A stretch of 52,160 bases of DNA, filler included, from Mizuhopecten yessoensis (GCF_002113885.1; 3 parts of 3 records of this genome joined end to end with filler, not necessarily neighbours in it); one strand, 5' to 3'; shown: positions 25,441 through 37,592, counted from the whole stretch's first letter. A program made the numbers and translations. Notes: generated by a model not told the origin, from the sequence alone.

Positions 25441-27797
25441 AAAACAATTTTGTTTTGAGTTAATTACTTGTCTGTCAGGAAGGGAATTTTGTAGCCAATT
25501 AAAACATAACGATACATTCTTTTTAATGTACTCCAAAAACACCTGTTAAGCTTAAAAATACCTCGAATGAGTGTAAAACCATATTAAACAAAAATCCGTT
25601 CTCATGTCAGAGAAGAAGTTATTTACGACAGATGTATTGTACTCAGTTTTGTATCTTGTCATTTAAAATGGCATTTAGATTTCTGGTATTTTACTGACGC
25701 TAGATCAATACAACGTTATCTGTGTACATATATATTCATAATGGTCGCCTCGTTGATATAAATACTTCTGTTTATTTGCCCAATGGGAGTCAGTGTTGCT
25801 CTGTGTGATGAGACGTGTACCACAAGAGTATCATAAATAAGTTAAAAGTTAATCATTTGCATTTTAGTTTTAAAAGTTGACCATTATGAATGACTTTCAA
25901 AGATGCATACATATAGTTGTTTAAAAGAACGAGGGGTTCGCTAGGGGGAACAGTTACAAAGGAATAGTTTGTGGTGATACATGCCAGTATTGAAAGGCTT
26001 GTCTTTGTGATTTGATGCTATATTATACAGTAAAAACATTCTTATCCGACACCTGACTTTCACGGCATCCCATCAAATTCGACATCATACTGTATTTTCG
26101 TGAACGTTGCTTTCATTTCTAAGTATAATTAATCCCTGTCAGTCCCTGTTTCCATTACATATCCTCCAAACATTTTTTGATTGATTGAAACAAAATGAAA
26201 TAGTTTTCTGTTTATTAATTTCCTTGTTTCAATTTTTTAATGATTTTTATTAGTTACAAAAGCAATGATATGCCACACCGAAAATACACAAGGAGCACAA
26301 ATCGGACCTCAAAGCCATTCATAAGTTACCCCCGTAATTTGATTTAAGGAAAGCTTACTGTTGTGATGTTGCTAATTCGATAACCTCGATATTAATATAA
26401 CTTCAAATGTCTTCGGACATGCATGTTGTCGGCAGGAAATTCGACCAAAGCATGTGTACATTAATAAAGCTGTTATAAACACCAGTTTATCGAACATGGC
26501 AATGACCTAGAGCAAATATAGGATATCTTCTGTTTAAATAAATATTGATGATATTAGCGGAATTTCAGCAAAAGTCACATGATATAATTAAGTAAAATAT
26601 ATTGGAACATTTCCAACAATAGAAATTTTGAAAGATTTTGAAATAGATTGGTATTTGTGATATCACCCTATTTGGTCCTCAATTATTTAAATGACAGCAC
26701 CAACGGAAGAGTTACGTAATAGGAGCAGAATAGAGAAAACCCATGAGACGGTTAAATGTTCTAAGATCAATACACAACTGTATCTAATGGCTGCGCTGAT
26801 GGTAGAGATAGCACGGGTGTATCGTATACCTGAAGGCTGGGCACATGCAGTGTGTCGATACATTGCATTTCCTTTTAGACTGATACATTGTTTAAACAAA
26901 TAAATTTAAAATAATTCAAAACAGAACTTTGCGCCCTTTTATTTCTGAGTCGTTTGGATGTTTTTTGTTTCAATTCACAAGAACATAATGCCAATGCCAG
27001 TCTGGTCTTATCTGCGGTTTGTTGTATATGTAAATTTAAGCTTTTGAACTTATTCTTTCGCGGTTCATTTTGAAAAAACATTGCATATTAAACAATGAAT
27101 CTTTTACATACGATGATACAAAACATATTTTAGAAAATATGACACTATAGCTGAAGAGTATTGTTCTGGTATTCTGTTTTATTGTTAAAGTGTACAGACA
27201 ATAAATATAAAGAAAAAATAGAATACAAAGACAGAACAAAAAGATCTTTTATAAACAACTAGACAAAACAAGCATTCGTATGTCATGCAGTTCTGATTTG
27301 AAAATGGTGACATAATAGCGTGCAAATACCAACCGTATTGTTATGCCAAACGAAATATTAAAGTATTTAACTTTAAAATATTATTACAAACAGTAACAAA
27401 CGCTATGTATTTCTAAATTGTTACTAAATCCTGTATAAATGGGTCCTGTATAATATTGACGGAGAAATATACCACGTTGTTCCTCGAACGTTTTCTGTTT
27501 GAGAGAAACAAGCAACGTCACATAGGTTGGGTTTGCGATTTGATCCCTTTGGTAGGAGTCGTCGATGAAGCTGTTGACACTTTGTCTTATTTTCCTTGCG
27601 ACATTTTAATTGGTATTTAAATAATATTTTCTTGTTTTTTTAGATGGCCAAATTAAAATAAAGAAAATTCGGATATGTCTTATTTCTTTCTCTTTGTCTA
27701 CCTATTAAGTGTGACAGCTGAATATGTTTGTCTGTGTAAACCACCTGTGATATTGACGTATTAAAGATACTTAAACGATGTCAAAATATAATGGAAT

Positions 27798-29703
27798 GAA
27801 ATGTACCCATCGTCAATACTTAAGGACGAGATCCGAATCGAAATTCATTAAAATGTATGACATCCTCAATTAACAGGCACAAGATCCAATCCCAAAGTCA
27901 TATAAAATGTACTACAGTGTTGATATACCAGGACAAAATTCAAACTCAAAGTCATAAAAAACGTAACGTGTCATCAATATAGCAGGACTAGATCCAAACT
28001 CAAAGTCATACAAAATGTACCGCGTCGTTATTACAGGAGGACAAGATCCAAACTCAAAGTAATACAAAATCTACCACATCGTTGATACACAAGGACATGA
28101 TCCAAATTCAAAGTAATACAAAATGTTCCAAATCGATAATACTTAAGGACAAGATCCAAACTCAAAGTCATGCAAAATGTACCGCGTCGTTCATACACAA
28201 GGACATGATCAAAACTCAAAGTAATATAAAATGTACCACATCTTTAATACTGAAGGACAAAATCCAAACTAAACGTAAAACAAAATGTACCACATCGTCA
28301 TTACACAAAGACATAATTTAATCTCAAAGTCGTACAAAATGTTCCACATCGTCATTACACAAGGAAATGATCCAAACTCAAAGTCATACCACATGTTCCA
28401 CATCTTTAATACTGAAGGACAAGATCCAAACTCAAAATAATATAAAATGTACCACATCGTTGATACTGAAGGACAAGATCCAAACTCAAAGTCATACAAA
28501 ATGTACCACATCGTTAATACAGGAGAAGAAGGTCCAAACTCAAAGTCATAGAAAATGTACTACGTCGTTAATACTGAAGGCCAAGATCCAAACTCAAAGT
28601 AATACAAAATGTACCACATCGTTAAAACACAAGGACATGATCCAAACTCACAGTAATACAAAATGTACCACGTCGTTAATACTTAAGGACATGATTCAAA
28701 CTCAAAGTAATACAAAATGTACCGCGTCGTTAATACTTCAGGACAATATCCAAACTCTAAGTAATACAAAATGTACCACATCGTCATTACAAAAAGACAT
28801 GATCCAAACTCAATGTCATATAAAATGGACCACATCTTTAATACTGAAGGACAAGATCCAAACTCAAAGTCATACAAAATGTATTACGTCGTCATTACAC
28901 AAAGACATGATCCAAACTCAAAGTCATACAAAATGTACCACATCGTCATTACACAAAGACAAGATCCAAACTCAATGTCATATAAAATGTACCACATCGT
29001 TCATACACAAGGACAAGATCCAATCTCAAAGTAATACAAAATGTACCACATCGTTAATACTGAAGGACAAGATCCAAACTCAAACTCATCCAAAATGTAC
29101 CACATCGTCATTCCACAAGGACATGATCCAAACTCAAAGTCATACAAAATGTAGCGCGTCCTTAATACTGAAGGACAAGATCCAAACTCAAAATAATATA
29201 AAATGTACCACATCGTTGATACTGAAGGACAAGATCCAAACTCAAAGTAATACAAAATGTACCACATCGTCATTACACAAAGACATGATCCAAACTCAAA
29301 GTCATACAAAATGCACCACATCGTTGATACTGAAGGACAAGATCCAAACTCAAAGTAATACAAAATGTACCACATCGTTGATACTTAAGGACAAGATCCA
29401 AACTCAAAATAATATAAAATGTACCACATCGTTAATACTGAAGGACAAGATCCAAACTCAAAGTCATACAAAATGTATTACGTCGTCATTACACAAGGAC
29501 ATGATCCAATCTCAAAGTCATACAAAATGTACCACATCGTTAATACTGAAGTACAAGATCCAAACTCAAAGTCATACAAAATGTACCACATCGTCAGAAC
29601 ACAAGGACAGGATCCAAACTCAAAGTCATACAAAGTGTACCACATCGTTAATACTGAAGGACAAGATCCAAACTCAAAGTCAGACAAGATGTACCACATC
29701 GTT
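27798..29703 (+). repeat. 54-bp minisatellite, ~35 copies, carrying an open frame of 18-aa repeats (IQTQSHTKCTTSLILKDK)
   Basis: Unit GATCCAAACTCAAAGTCATACAAAATGTACCACATCGTTAATACTGAAGGACAA; two sub-variants; degenerate at the left end and abruptly cut by A22 at 29704-29725. Confidence 0.96.
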
Positions 29704-29725
29704 AAAAAAAAAAAAAAAAAAAAAA

Positions 29726-32700
29726 CAACATAAAAGGTATAAATGTAAATAACAAAGAACACAAACTCTCACAGTTCGCCGATGACACAAGTTTTATTCT
29801 AGATGGTTCTGATAAATCCTTCACTGAGGCTTTGGAAACTTTAGAAAAGTATGCTTTATTATCAAGTATGAAAGTAAACACAGACAAAACACAAGTTATA
29901 TGGATAGGCTCAAAGAAATATCACTCCTATAGGAAGAATAGTAGTTCTTAAATCTCTCATAATCCCCAAAATAACACACTGTTCATTGCAATACCTAACC
30001 CGAGCAAAAACACAATTCAGTACTTAAACACTTCATTTTTCAAATTCATATGGCAGTCAATCACAGAAAAAATTTAAAGACAGACTCTAGTGAAAGATTA
30101 TAAAGACGGAGGATTAAAAATAAATTTATTACTAGCCTCATCTCAACTTGGATTAGACAGCTTCTCACAGCAAAAACAAAAGAATGGATTAATTTGTTTA
30201 AAGCGGAAATAACTTGCACANAAAGTATGCTTTATTATCAAGTATGAAAGTAAACACAGACAAAACACAAGTTATATGGATAGGCTCAAAGAAATATCAC
30301 TCCTATAGGAAGAATAGTAGTTCTTAAATCTCTCATAATCCCCAAAATAACACACTGTTCATTGCAATACCTAACCCGAGCAAAAACACAATTCAGTACT
30401 TAAACACTTCATTTTTCAAATTCATATGGCAGTCAATCACAGAAAAAATTTAAAGACAGACTCTAGTGAAAGATTATAAAGACGGAGGATTAAAAATAAA
30501 TTTATTACTAGCCTCATCTCAACTTGGATTAGACAGCTTCTCACAGCAAAAACAAAAGAATGGATTAATTTGTTTAAAGCGGAAATAACTTGCACACACA
30601 ATATATCACAATTCAATGTAGACCCCTTTAAACTTATCAAAACAACCAATAAATTCTGGAAAGATGTTCTTGAAGCTTGGGTAACCATCACAGAAAACAA
30701 TCCTCCCAAAACGCTTACAAAATTTCAAGAATCAACACTATGGTATTACCCAAATATTTTGATAAATAATTCCTCTTTTTCTATAAAGACCTGCATGTCA
30801 ATGGAGTAAAATTTATAAATGACATCTGCAAAATGATAACACTTTTCTCTCATTTGAAGAATTCAAACAAAAATACATTATACACTGAAACAACTTTCTC
30901 CAGTATAGAAGCATCTGTGAATCAATAAAAAGCTGCACATACACTGAAATTGACTTAACAAAATCAGAGAACAACCACCCCAGACCCGCCATTCCATTTC
31001 ACCTACAAATAATATTAAAATCCATCAAGGGAAGTAAAGATATGTACACCACACTATTGAATAAACAGAATACATGTTAAAACACAGCAGAACAAAAATG
31101 GAAATCAGATGATAGATTTAGTGCAATTAATTTTAACCAAATATATCAATTACCCTTCCAAACTACAAAAGAAACAAAAATCCAATGGTTCTAATACAAA
31201 ATCCTGAACCGGATTATTACCACTAATTCATACTTAAAAACAATTGGTATTACAGACTCTGATACTTGTTCACTCTGTAGAGCACACCTTGAAAAAATAG
31301 AACACTTATTTTGGAATTGCATCAACACCCAACACTTATAGGAAAATCTTAGAAGATGGATTCATAATAAACTTGGTAAAATTATTGACCTTGATATAAG
31401 TACAATTCTATTTGGGGTCACAGGAGATACTAATGAAACAAAACCAACTGCCATCATCATTACATACACTAAATACTACATATTCTGTAATTCAAAGAAA
31501 ACAGGAAATATCTCAATAATAGGATTGAAAGAATACCTAACTCAAACATTTACATACGAAATGACCTTGTCACAAAAAAACATGCAAATCCAAAAATTCA
31601 ACAAAACTTGGAATGAATGGAAAAACCTATTTACTTAAGTCCAAAAACAAACCCCAAAATTATTTGAAAACCAAAGCCAAGTGAATGAACATCAAACAGT
31701 TGGTCACTCATATACCCTTAATAATTACACTAATTAAATATTATTGTCTTTTTATATGTATGTGAAGCCCTTTATACACATTAATATATACATGTGCTAA
31801 TAACTTGCTAATATACATGTGTTTTATACACCCAGAAAGGGTATAATGTACACTGTTGAAATGTTTCAACTCCTAAAACATTGACCTCCCTAGATTGTGA
31901 GCAGTTACATGTATGTATTTGTCGAGTATAGTACATGTCTATCTATATATGTGAATACCATATATATGTGAATATGTATATTATACATGAACATGTATAG
32001 CTCTGTATGCGAGTATATGTATATAAACATGTGTATGTCCGCATAAATTACAAACAAGTTCTTACAAAGTAAAAAGATTTTTATTGTTTTCCTCTGTTTA
32101 TATGTCAAATTGTAAACTTGTACAAGTATAACATATGACAATACCAAATTGTGTACTGTTACTATGATGTATCACAATTCCAATTTTTATACTGTATACA
32201 TGTACCTATAATGTATTATAATGCCAAATTGTATACTGGATAACTATAGCATATATATCACAAAGCCACATTCTGTACTGTTCAAGTATCATGTATCAAA
32301 ATGCCAAGTTAACTGTATAAGTATAATACATCACAATTCAAAATGGCATACTGTATAAGTATAACATCTCACAATTCAAAATAATATAATTTATTTCTAT
32401 AACATATCACCAGGCCAAATTGTTTACTATATACCTATAACATAGCACAATGCCAAATAATATACTGTACAAGTAAAACATCTCACAATGCAAAATTATT
32501 CACTGTATAAGAATATTATATCTCAATGTCAAATTGTATAGTGTAAACCTTTAATGACTAATATGCTTACAGCATACAAGCATATCTGCGTGTGTGTGTG
32601 TGTGTGTGTATGTATATATGTGCGTACATCCGTTTGTGCTTGCATTTGGAGATGTGTATGTGCGTTTGCATGTAAACTATGTATGTGTGTGGGTGCATAT

Positions 32701-32787
32701 ATATGTGCGTGCGTATGTATGAATGTATGCATGTATGTGCAACACGTATACATGCGTATGAATGAATGTATGTATGTTTGACGCACA
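29726..32787 (+). mobile_element. 5'-truncated L1/Tx1-clade LINE, copy 1 (RT C-half, zf-RVT, long 3' UTR), decayed
   Basis: NIKGINVNNKEHKLSQFADDTSFILDGS..KVNTDKTQVIWIGS; PIGRIVVLKSLIIPKI; DYKDGGLK; KILNRIITTN..CSLC..EKIEHLFWNC; ORF2 stop ~31638; >1.1-kb AT/GT-rich tail shared with copy 2; runs into the gap. Confidence 0.92.
29847..30597 (+). repeat. ~375-bp apparently identical tandem duplication joined by a single N (probable mis-joined contig overlap)
   Basis: 29847-30220 is repeated from 30222; N at 30221. Confidence 0.85.
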
Positions 32788-32887
32788 NNNNNNNNNNNNN
32801 NNNNNNNNNNNNNNNNNNNNNNNNNNNNNNNTTAATTAATTAANNNNNNNNNNNNNNNNNNNNNNNNNNNNNNNNNNNNNNNNNNNN
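32788..32887. other. Assembly gap with TTAATTAATTAA linker
   Basis: N-runs around an artificial linker; true gap size unknown. Confidence 0.9.
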
Positions 32888-33126
32888 GGGGGGGGAGTTA
32901 AATCAGGCTTGCAGGGGCAAAAAGTATGGCTGCGAATTGCTGGATTGTAGATAATTGATTAGTGAAGCGAGGAAAATAAAGAAAGAGTGATTGAATGATC
33001 AAGGCGATGACAAGTAACGGGAACGGTGAGAAATGAGCAAGATCCTAAGAGAACAATTAGGAAAGTGTATCGTTATACAGTAGGATGTATTGATTAACAC
33101 TTCAACGTGTTCGTCTTTTTTTACAG

Positions 33127-33280
33127 AACCGTATGGAAGAAAGTATGAAGCTATTCGAGTCCATTTGTAACAATAAGTGGTTTGTGGACACGTCTGTCAT
33201 ACTCTTCCTCAACAAGAAAGATTTATTCGAGAAGAAACTGGAGTCATCTCCCCTTACCACCTGCTTCCCTGACTATACAG
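33127..33280 (+). CDS. G-protein alpha subunit, Gi/Go class, penultimate coding exon (154 nt)
   Basis: Acceptor TCTTTTTTACAG|AACCGTATG; [52 protein letters not shown] with the G4 NKKD box; donor ACAG|GTGATA, phase 1. Boundaries match GNAI/GNAO exon 7. Confidence 0.95.
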
Positions 33281-33332
33281 GTGATATTTCATGTTTTGTA
33301 CGGAAAACGCATGGGATAAATTTGTGTTACTT

Positions 33333-34037
33333 ATAGATTATCACACTGCATTTCAGGGTTTGTCGTGAGAACAATTTTCTCATCGCGAGGATGTGGTTAA
33401 AATCGAGAGGCCACCGTAGGTGGACTTGAGATTTTATCTACGTGTGAGCAATGAGAAAATTGTTCGAACGACAAACACTGAAAATACTGTATGATAAACT
33501 ATTTATCATTTATATTCCACTATCTTATATATTTCTCCATTTAAAAAAGTCAACTAAACATCAAGTTTTCCAAATGACTTCTAAGCTTAATGGTCAGCGA
33601 TCGCTTGTGTCAAACGTAAACAAATAGCGCGAATAGTTTTGCGAGGAGGAATACAATGAACCTTAAAACTACGCAGAAAAATATAAATTTTTAAAACAAT
33701 CCTATCGTCATAGGCTTTTCCATATGCACATTTACACCTGAAATGGTTTTGTTATTCTCACAATATTTTTTCGTAACTTTGTATTGATATGTTTATGACG
33801 GACTATTTCTTACGCGGATCACTTTTGTGTGAACACTATTTCCGAACCGGACGTCATCTTGCGCGAGCAGACGTTCTTTTTTGAGAAAATCCGTTCCAAA
33901 GTTCTGGAGAATTGGCAAATCCGTTCTCAAGTTCTTCTCAAGTTGTTCTCAAGTCGTTCCCAACTTCTCCTCATTGACAACCAATGATAACGAATTTATC
34001 ATGCTACCGGTAGGTGGTATAAAGTATGATGATAAAT
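33333..34037. mobile_element. Non-autonomous DNA element with a ~170-bp terminal palindrome and a second short inverted repeat, intronic
   Basis: 33333-33502 folds around CCACCGTAGGTGG. ATTTATCATTTATATTCCAC (33501-33520) pairs imperfectly with GTGGTATAAAGTATGATGATAAAT (34014-34037). Confidence 0.6.
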
Positions 34038-35758
34038 GTATTTACCATAACCATTTACCAAGTGAGAATTTTTTTCCAAATATGCAGCTGAAACACGAAA
34101 ATAGTAAAAAATTCGTGTTGAAAGTAACAAGAATCTCCCATTCTTATTCCCGCGCTGGTACAAGTGGGAAACACGAATAAAAATCGAGGAAACGAAAATG
34201 CCCAGAATTTGTGTGCATTCGTGTTCTCTATATAAGACAATAGAGATAAATATTTTGATCAAAATTTCTCTTTTCATTTACATATCTAAACTAAATATCG
34301 GATATCGGAAAAAATGAGCATCCTAGAGTCCTTTATATTCACAGTTTATTGAATGTTTTATGATTACTAGTATCAGACGAATAGAACATCACACACTCAA
34401 TACCATATCAATGATATGAAATACACATTATATGAACGGACAGCAACATGTGTAAATACTTTGCCAGTCTCCATCAATTTAATATACTCCTACCAACGGA
34501 TAATATACACAAATCATCAATATTTAGTGAAACACTTAGCACTGCCAGTCTTGACGTCTAGTTATAATTGTGTAGGGATATCTCATTCTGTCTCCGTTGC
34601 ATGTATAAGTAGCTAGGTGCGTGATGTAGCCACCATTTTGTTTCCTCTCTCGTCCTCCTCGTGTATTTCCGTACATACTTCTGCGTTAAGGAGAATGTAT
34701 AAAAATAAGAATTCGTGTCCATATATAAAACATAAAATGTATGTAACAAAATGCTGACAATGTCATTAATATAAATATTCAAATGCGACAGATACAACTT
34801 TGTCCAATGAGTTACGAGGGAGTGTATGGTTTAACGTTGGGGAAAGAGACGTTGTACAGAACCACCTGTTTAATGCTTATTATTAGGTTATTTGGGTTTA
34901 CTATGAGGTTTGCACAACAAATGAACAACTATGATTAAAACAATGTATCTTTGATAAAGAAGTAACAGGTTTATCGATTACAAATTAACTTTTTCTACAA
35001 ATCAACGCTAATTGAACTGTTGTACACCACTCGTTATGTGTTAAGATGTAGCGACTAGATTCATTTTTCATTTAGAAGACAACAATATGCCTTATTCGTC
35101 GAATCAGAAATGGAAAAGTTCGCTAAGAAATGTAACTATAATTCACATTGCCAAGACGATAATGGTGAGGTAGCTGGTAGATAGACGTAAGACATACATG
35201 TGACGTAGTAATAATAATCTTTACTTACAATAGACATACCACATTAACAACGTTCGTAATATAGAAGGGGTACACAATAATTGATGACGAATCAAAACAG
35301 CCAGCCTTATTGCAATCTGCACATGTATAGTAATTTCACTGGATAACACTCGCATTTAGAGACCTAGAGCAGTTACAACTGACCAATGAATGGTTTGGAA
35401 AGTCATGTCAGTGTTAGAATAATAAAACGGCGGAGTAGATTCAAATTGTATTGTGTGTTTAACGTGTCGTTATTTGGTTTTTCTGTTCTCTCTTTATTTG
35501 CGACTTTTTGAAATAACTACATCAAAATTATTTGTAATGAAATGGACAATAAACAGCCCAAATCACTGTACCGGCCACACATGATGAGGACATAGTACAC
35601 GTGAGAAGTTCAGATGTGTGTGCAACAGCTTATTTGTTTATATATCAGCTACGTGTCTGTTTAAATGCAACACGTATAATCTAACACAAAGGGTCACATT
35701 GGTATATTTTGTGATGAACTTGCTCGCTAAAACATGTTTTTATTACTTCATTCCACAG

Positions 35759-35946
35759 GCGATAACGTGTTAGAGCAGGCAGCTAGTTTTATAAGGAAGA
35801 AATACGAGAAGTTGAACCGGAACAAAGCCAAAGAGGTTTATACTCACTTCACTTGCGCCACCGATACAAACAATGTTCAGGTGGTATTCGATGCAGCTAT
35901 AGATATCATACTACAACACCAACTCAAAGACGTCTCTCTCATGTGA
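35759..35946 (+). CDS. G-protein alpha subunit, Gi/Go class, last coding exon
   Basis: Acceptor TTCATTCCACAG|GC completes the Gly codon. DNVLEQAASFIRKKYEKLNRNKAKEVYTHFTCATDTNNVQVVFDAAIDIILQHQLKDVSLM* contains the G5 TCATDT box; 188 nt to stop, Go-like loop length. Confidence 0.95.
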
Positions 35947-36420
35947 GTCAAGCATTACGCAGGACTACACTGCGAAGACGCCTCTCTCACGTGAGTCAGG
36001 TATTATGTAGGACTACACTGCCATCTCAAGGCGCCTTTCTCATGTGAGTCAAGCATTACGCAGGGTTACACTGCCATATCAAGACGCCTCTCTCACGTGA
36101 GTCAGGTATTATGTAGGACTACACTGCCATCTCAAGGCGCCTTTCTCATGTGAGTCAAGCATTACGCAGGGTTACACTGCCATATCAAGGCGCCTCTCTC
36201 ATGTGAGTCAAGCATTACGCAGGTCTACACTTCCATATCAAGGCGCCTCTCTCATGTGAGTCAACCTTGATACATGACCGCAGCAACATTCGACTTAAGA
36301 ACGTTCTCTCACGTGAGTTTGACAACGCCTTGCAAATCAAAGACCCCTCCTCCGTGTCAGTGAGGCGTCATACTAGACTACGTCACAGTGTAACTCAAAG
36401 ACGCCTCTATCGTGTGCGTG
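35911..36420 (+). repeat. 53-bp tandem array built from the G-alpha C-terminal codons, stop and adjacent 3' UTR (7 clear plus 2-3 degenerate units)
   Basis: CTCTCA(T/C)GTGAGTCA with TGAGTCA at 35944, 35992, 36045, 36098, 36151, 36204 and 36257; degenerate units near 36310 and 36395. Confidence 0.9.
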
Positions 36421-37519
36421 CGACAACAGAACAGAATGAGCATGATGCCACCTGTCTTGTGTGAGACATTGGACTGGTGGGTTAAAAGGGCTCTCTAGAA
36501 GTAAATGTTTTTGGCAGAATTGTGCATGTTTTATATCGAATAGGATGTTATATGATGCACAGCGGATCCTACTATTCTTGTTTACATGAAGGAGGCGTCA
36601 TATACCTGTGGGTAGATAGAAAAGATCAGGAATGTATGGATACACAAAGAAATGTAATACATTTCTGACATTCAAAGATACATTGACATCAACGGAATGG
36701 TATTGTGTTTTCTTTCGAACAATTAATAAAGTTAGCACCTCAAAATGGCGGGGCAATGCTATCAATAACATGACACAAATAGACTTGTATGGAGCAGTGA
36801 TTCTTAATCCATAGGACAAAACATAGGACTTAACACCACGAGTATGACAAAGAACCAGTTATAAACCTTTAGCTTTATACATTTCTGCGTATGTATATCA
36901 AATGATACATCACGTGTCTCTGGCAATTGTGATAAATCATTTCAACATGTGTATCTGTTGTCGTGTTTCAATCGTGTTATTTGTCTGGGCGATTCAAACA
37001 TTTTGTACACGAAATTGGATTACAACTACATTTTAGATATAGGTACAAAAACTACATAAATACAACTGTGGTGATTGTTAAATGTATGTTTAGTCATGTT
37101 CAAGAGAAGTATTCCTTAAACAACACACATTGCGATGCATTTGCAGAATACGAGTTGTTTAAAACGAATTTAAATGTTTGAAAACATAAATTAAAAAAAT
37201 CAGGTCAATGCTCACTGCCTAGTCTGCACTTTATCAACGTTACCCCAGGAACCATAGGAGAAACGCGCCAAAATGACAGGCGTGTGGAAATATAAAAAGA
37301 AATTTGAAAGATACATGAGAAAGCTACAATTAGCGGAAAAACTCTTTTATGTTGCTTCATCTTATGTAAGGGAATACAAAAATCTGAGTTAATCTCTTCT
37401 TTTCTATTATAATGAGGCTGTGGTAGATTTACGGGTCCCTGTCCCAAGGCTGATGAAACACTAGAGAAAGCTTCCCCTAAAAGTTCGGAAATAACTGTAC
37501 GCCATAGAACAACCGATTA

Positions 37520-37592
37520 TCATGTAGCTCAGTGGTTAAAGCGGTAGTATTGTGAACGGAGGTCCATGTTTCAAATCCCGGTCTGACTCTCG
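37520..37592 (+). other. Degenerate tRNA-like sequence (SINE head or pseudo-tRNA)
   Basis: TAGCTCAGTGGTTAAAGCG A box and imperfect B box GTTTCAAATCCC; no paired acceptor stem. Confidence 0.55.

Noticed and set aside
28031-29762. Minus-strand repeat ORFs (MWYILYDFEFGSC...)
   Set aside because: Antisense readings of the 54-bp array, repeatedly interrupted by stops.
29847-30597. Recent tandem duplication within the LINE
   Set aside because: Apparently identical copies joined by a single N; likely an unmerged contig overlap.
32529-32786. His/Cys-rich ORFs
   Set aside because: Translations of a GT/AT microsatellite mosaic.
35734-35758. ORF-track N-terminus MFLLLHST (and C-terminal DISCF.. of ORF 33133-33336)
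   Set aside because: Intronic sequence outside the splice sites.
35911-36317. CRISPR-like array after the G-alpha gene
   Set aside because: The spacers are homologous to each other, so it is a tandem repeat.
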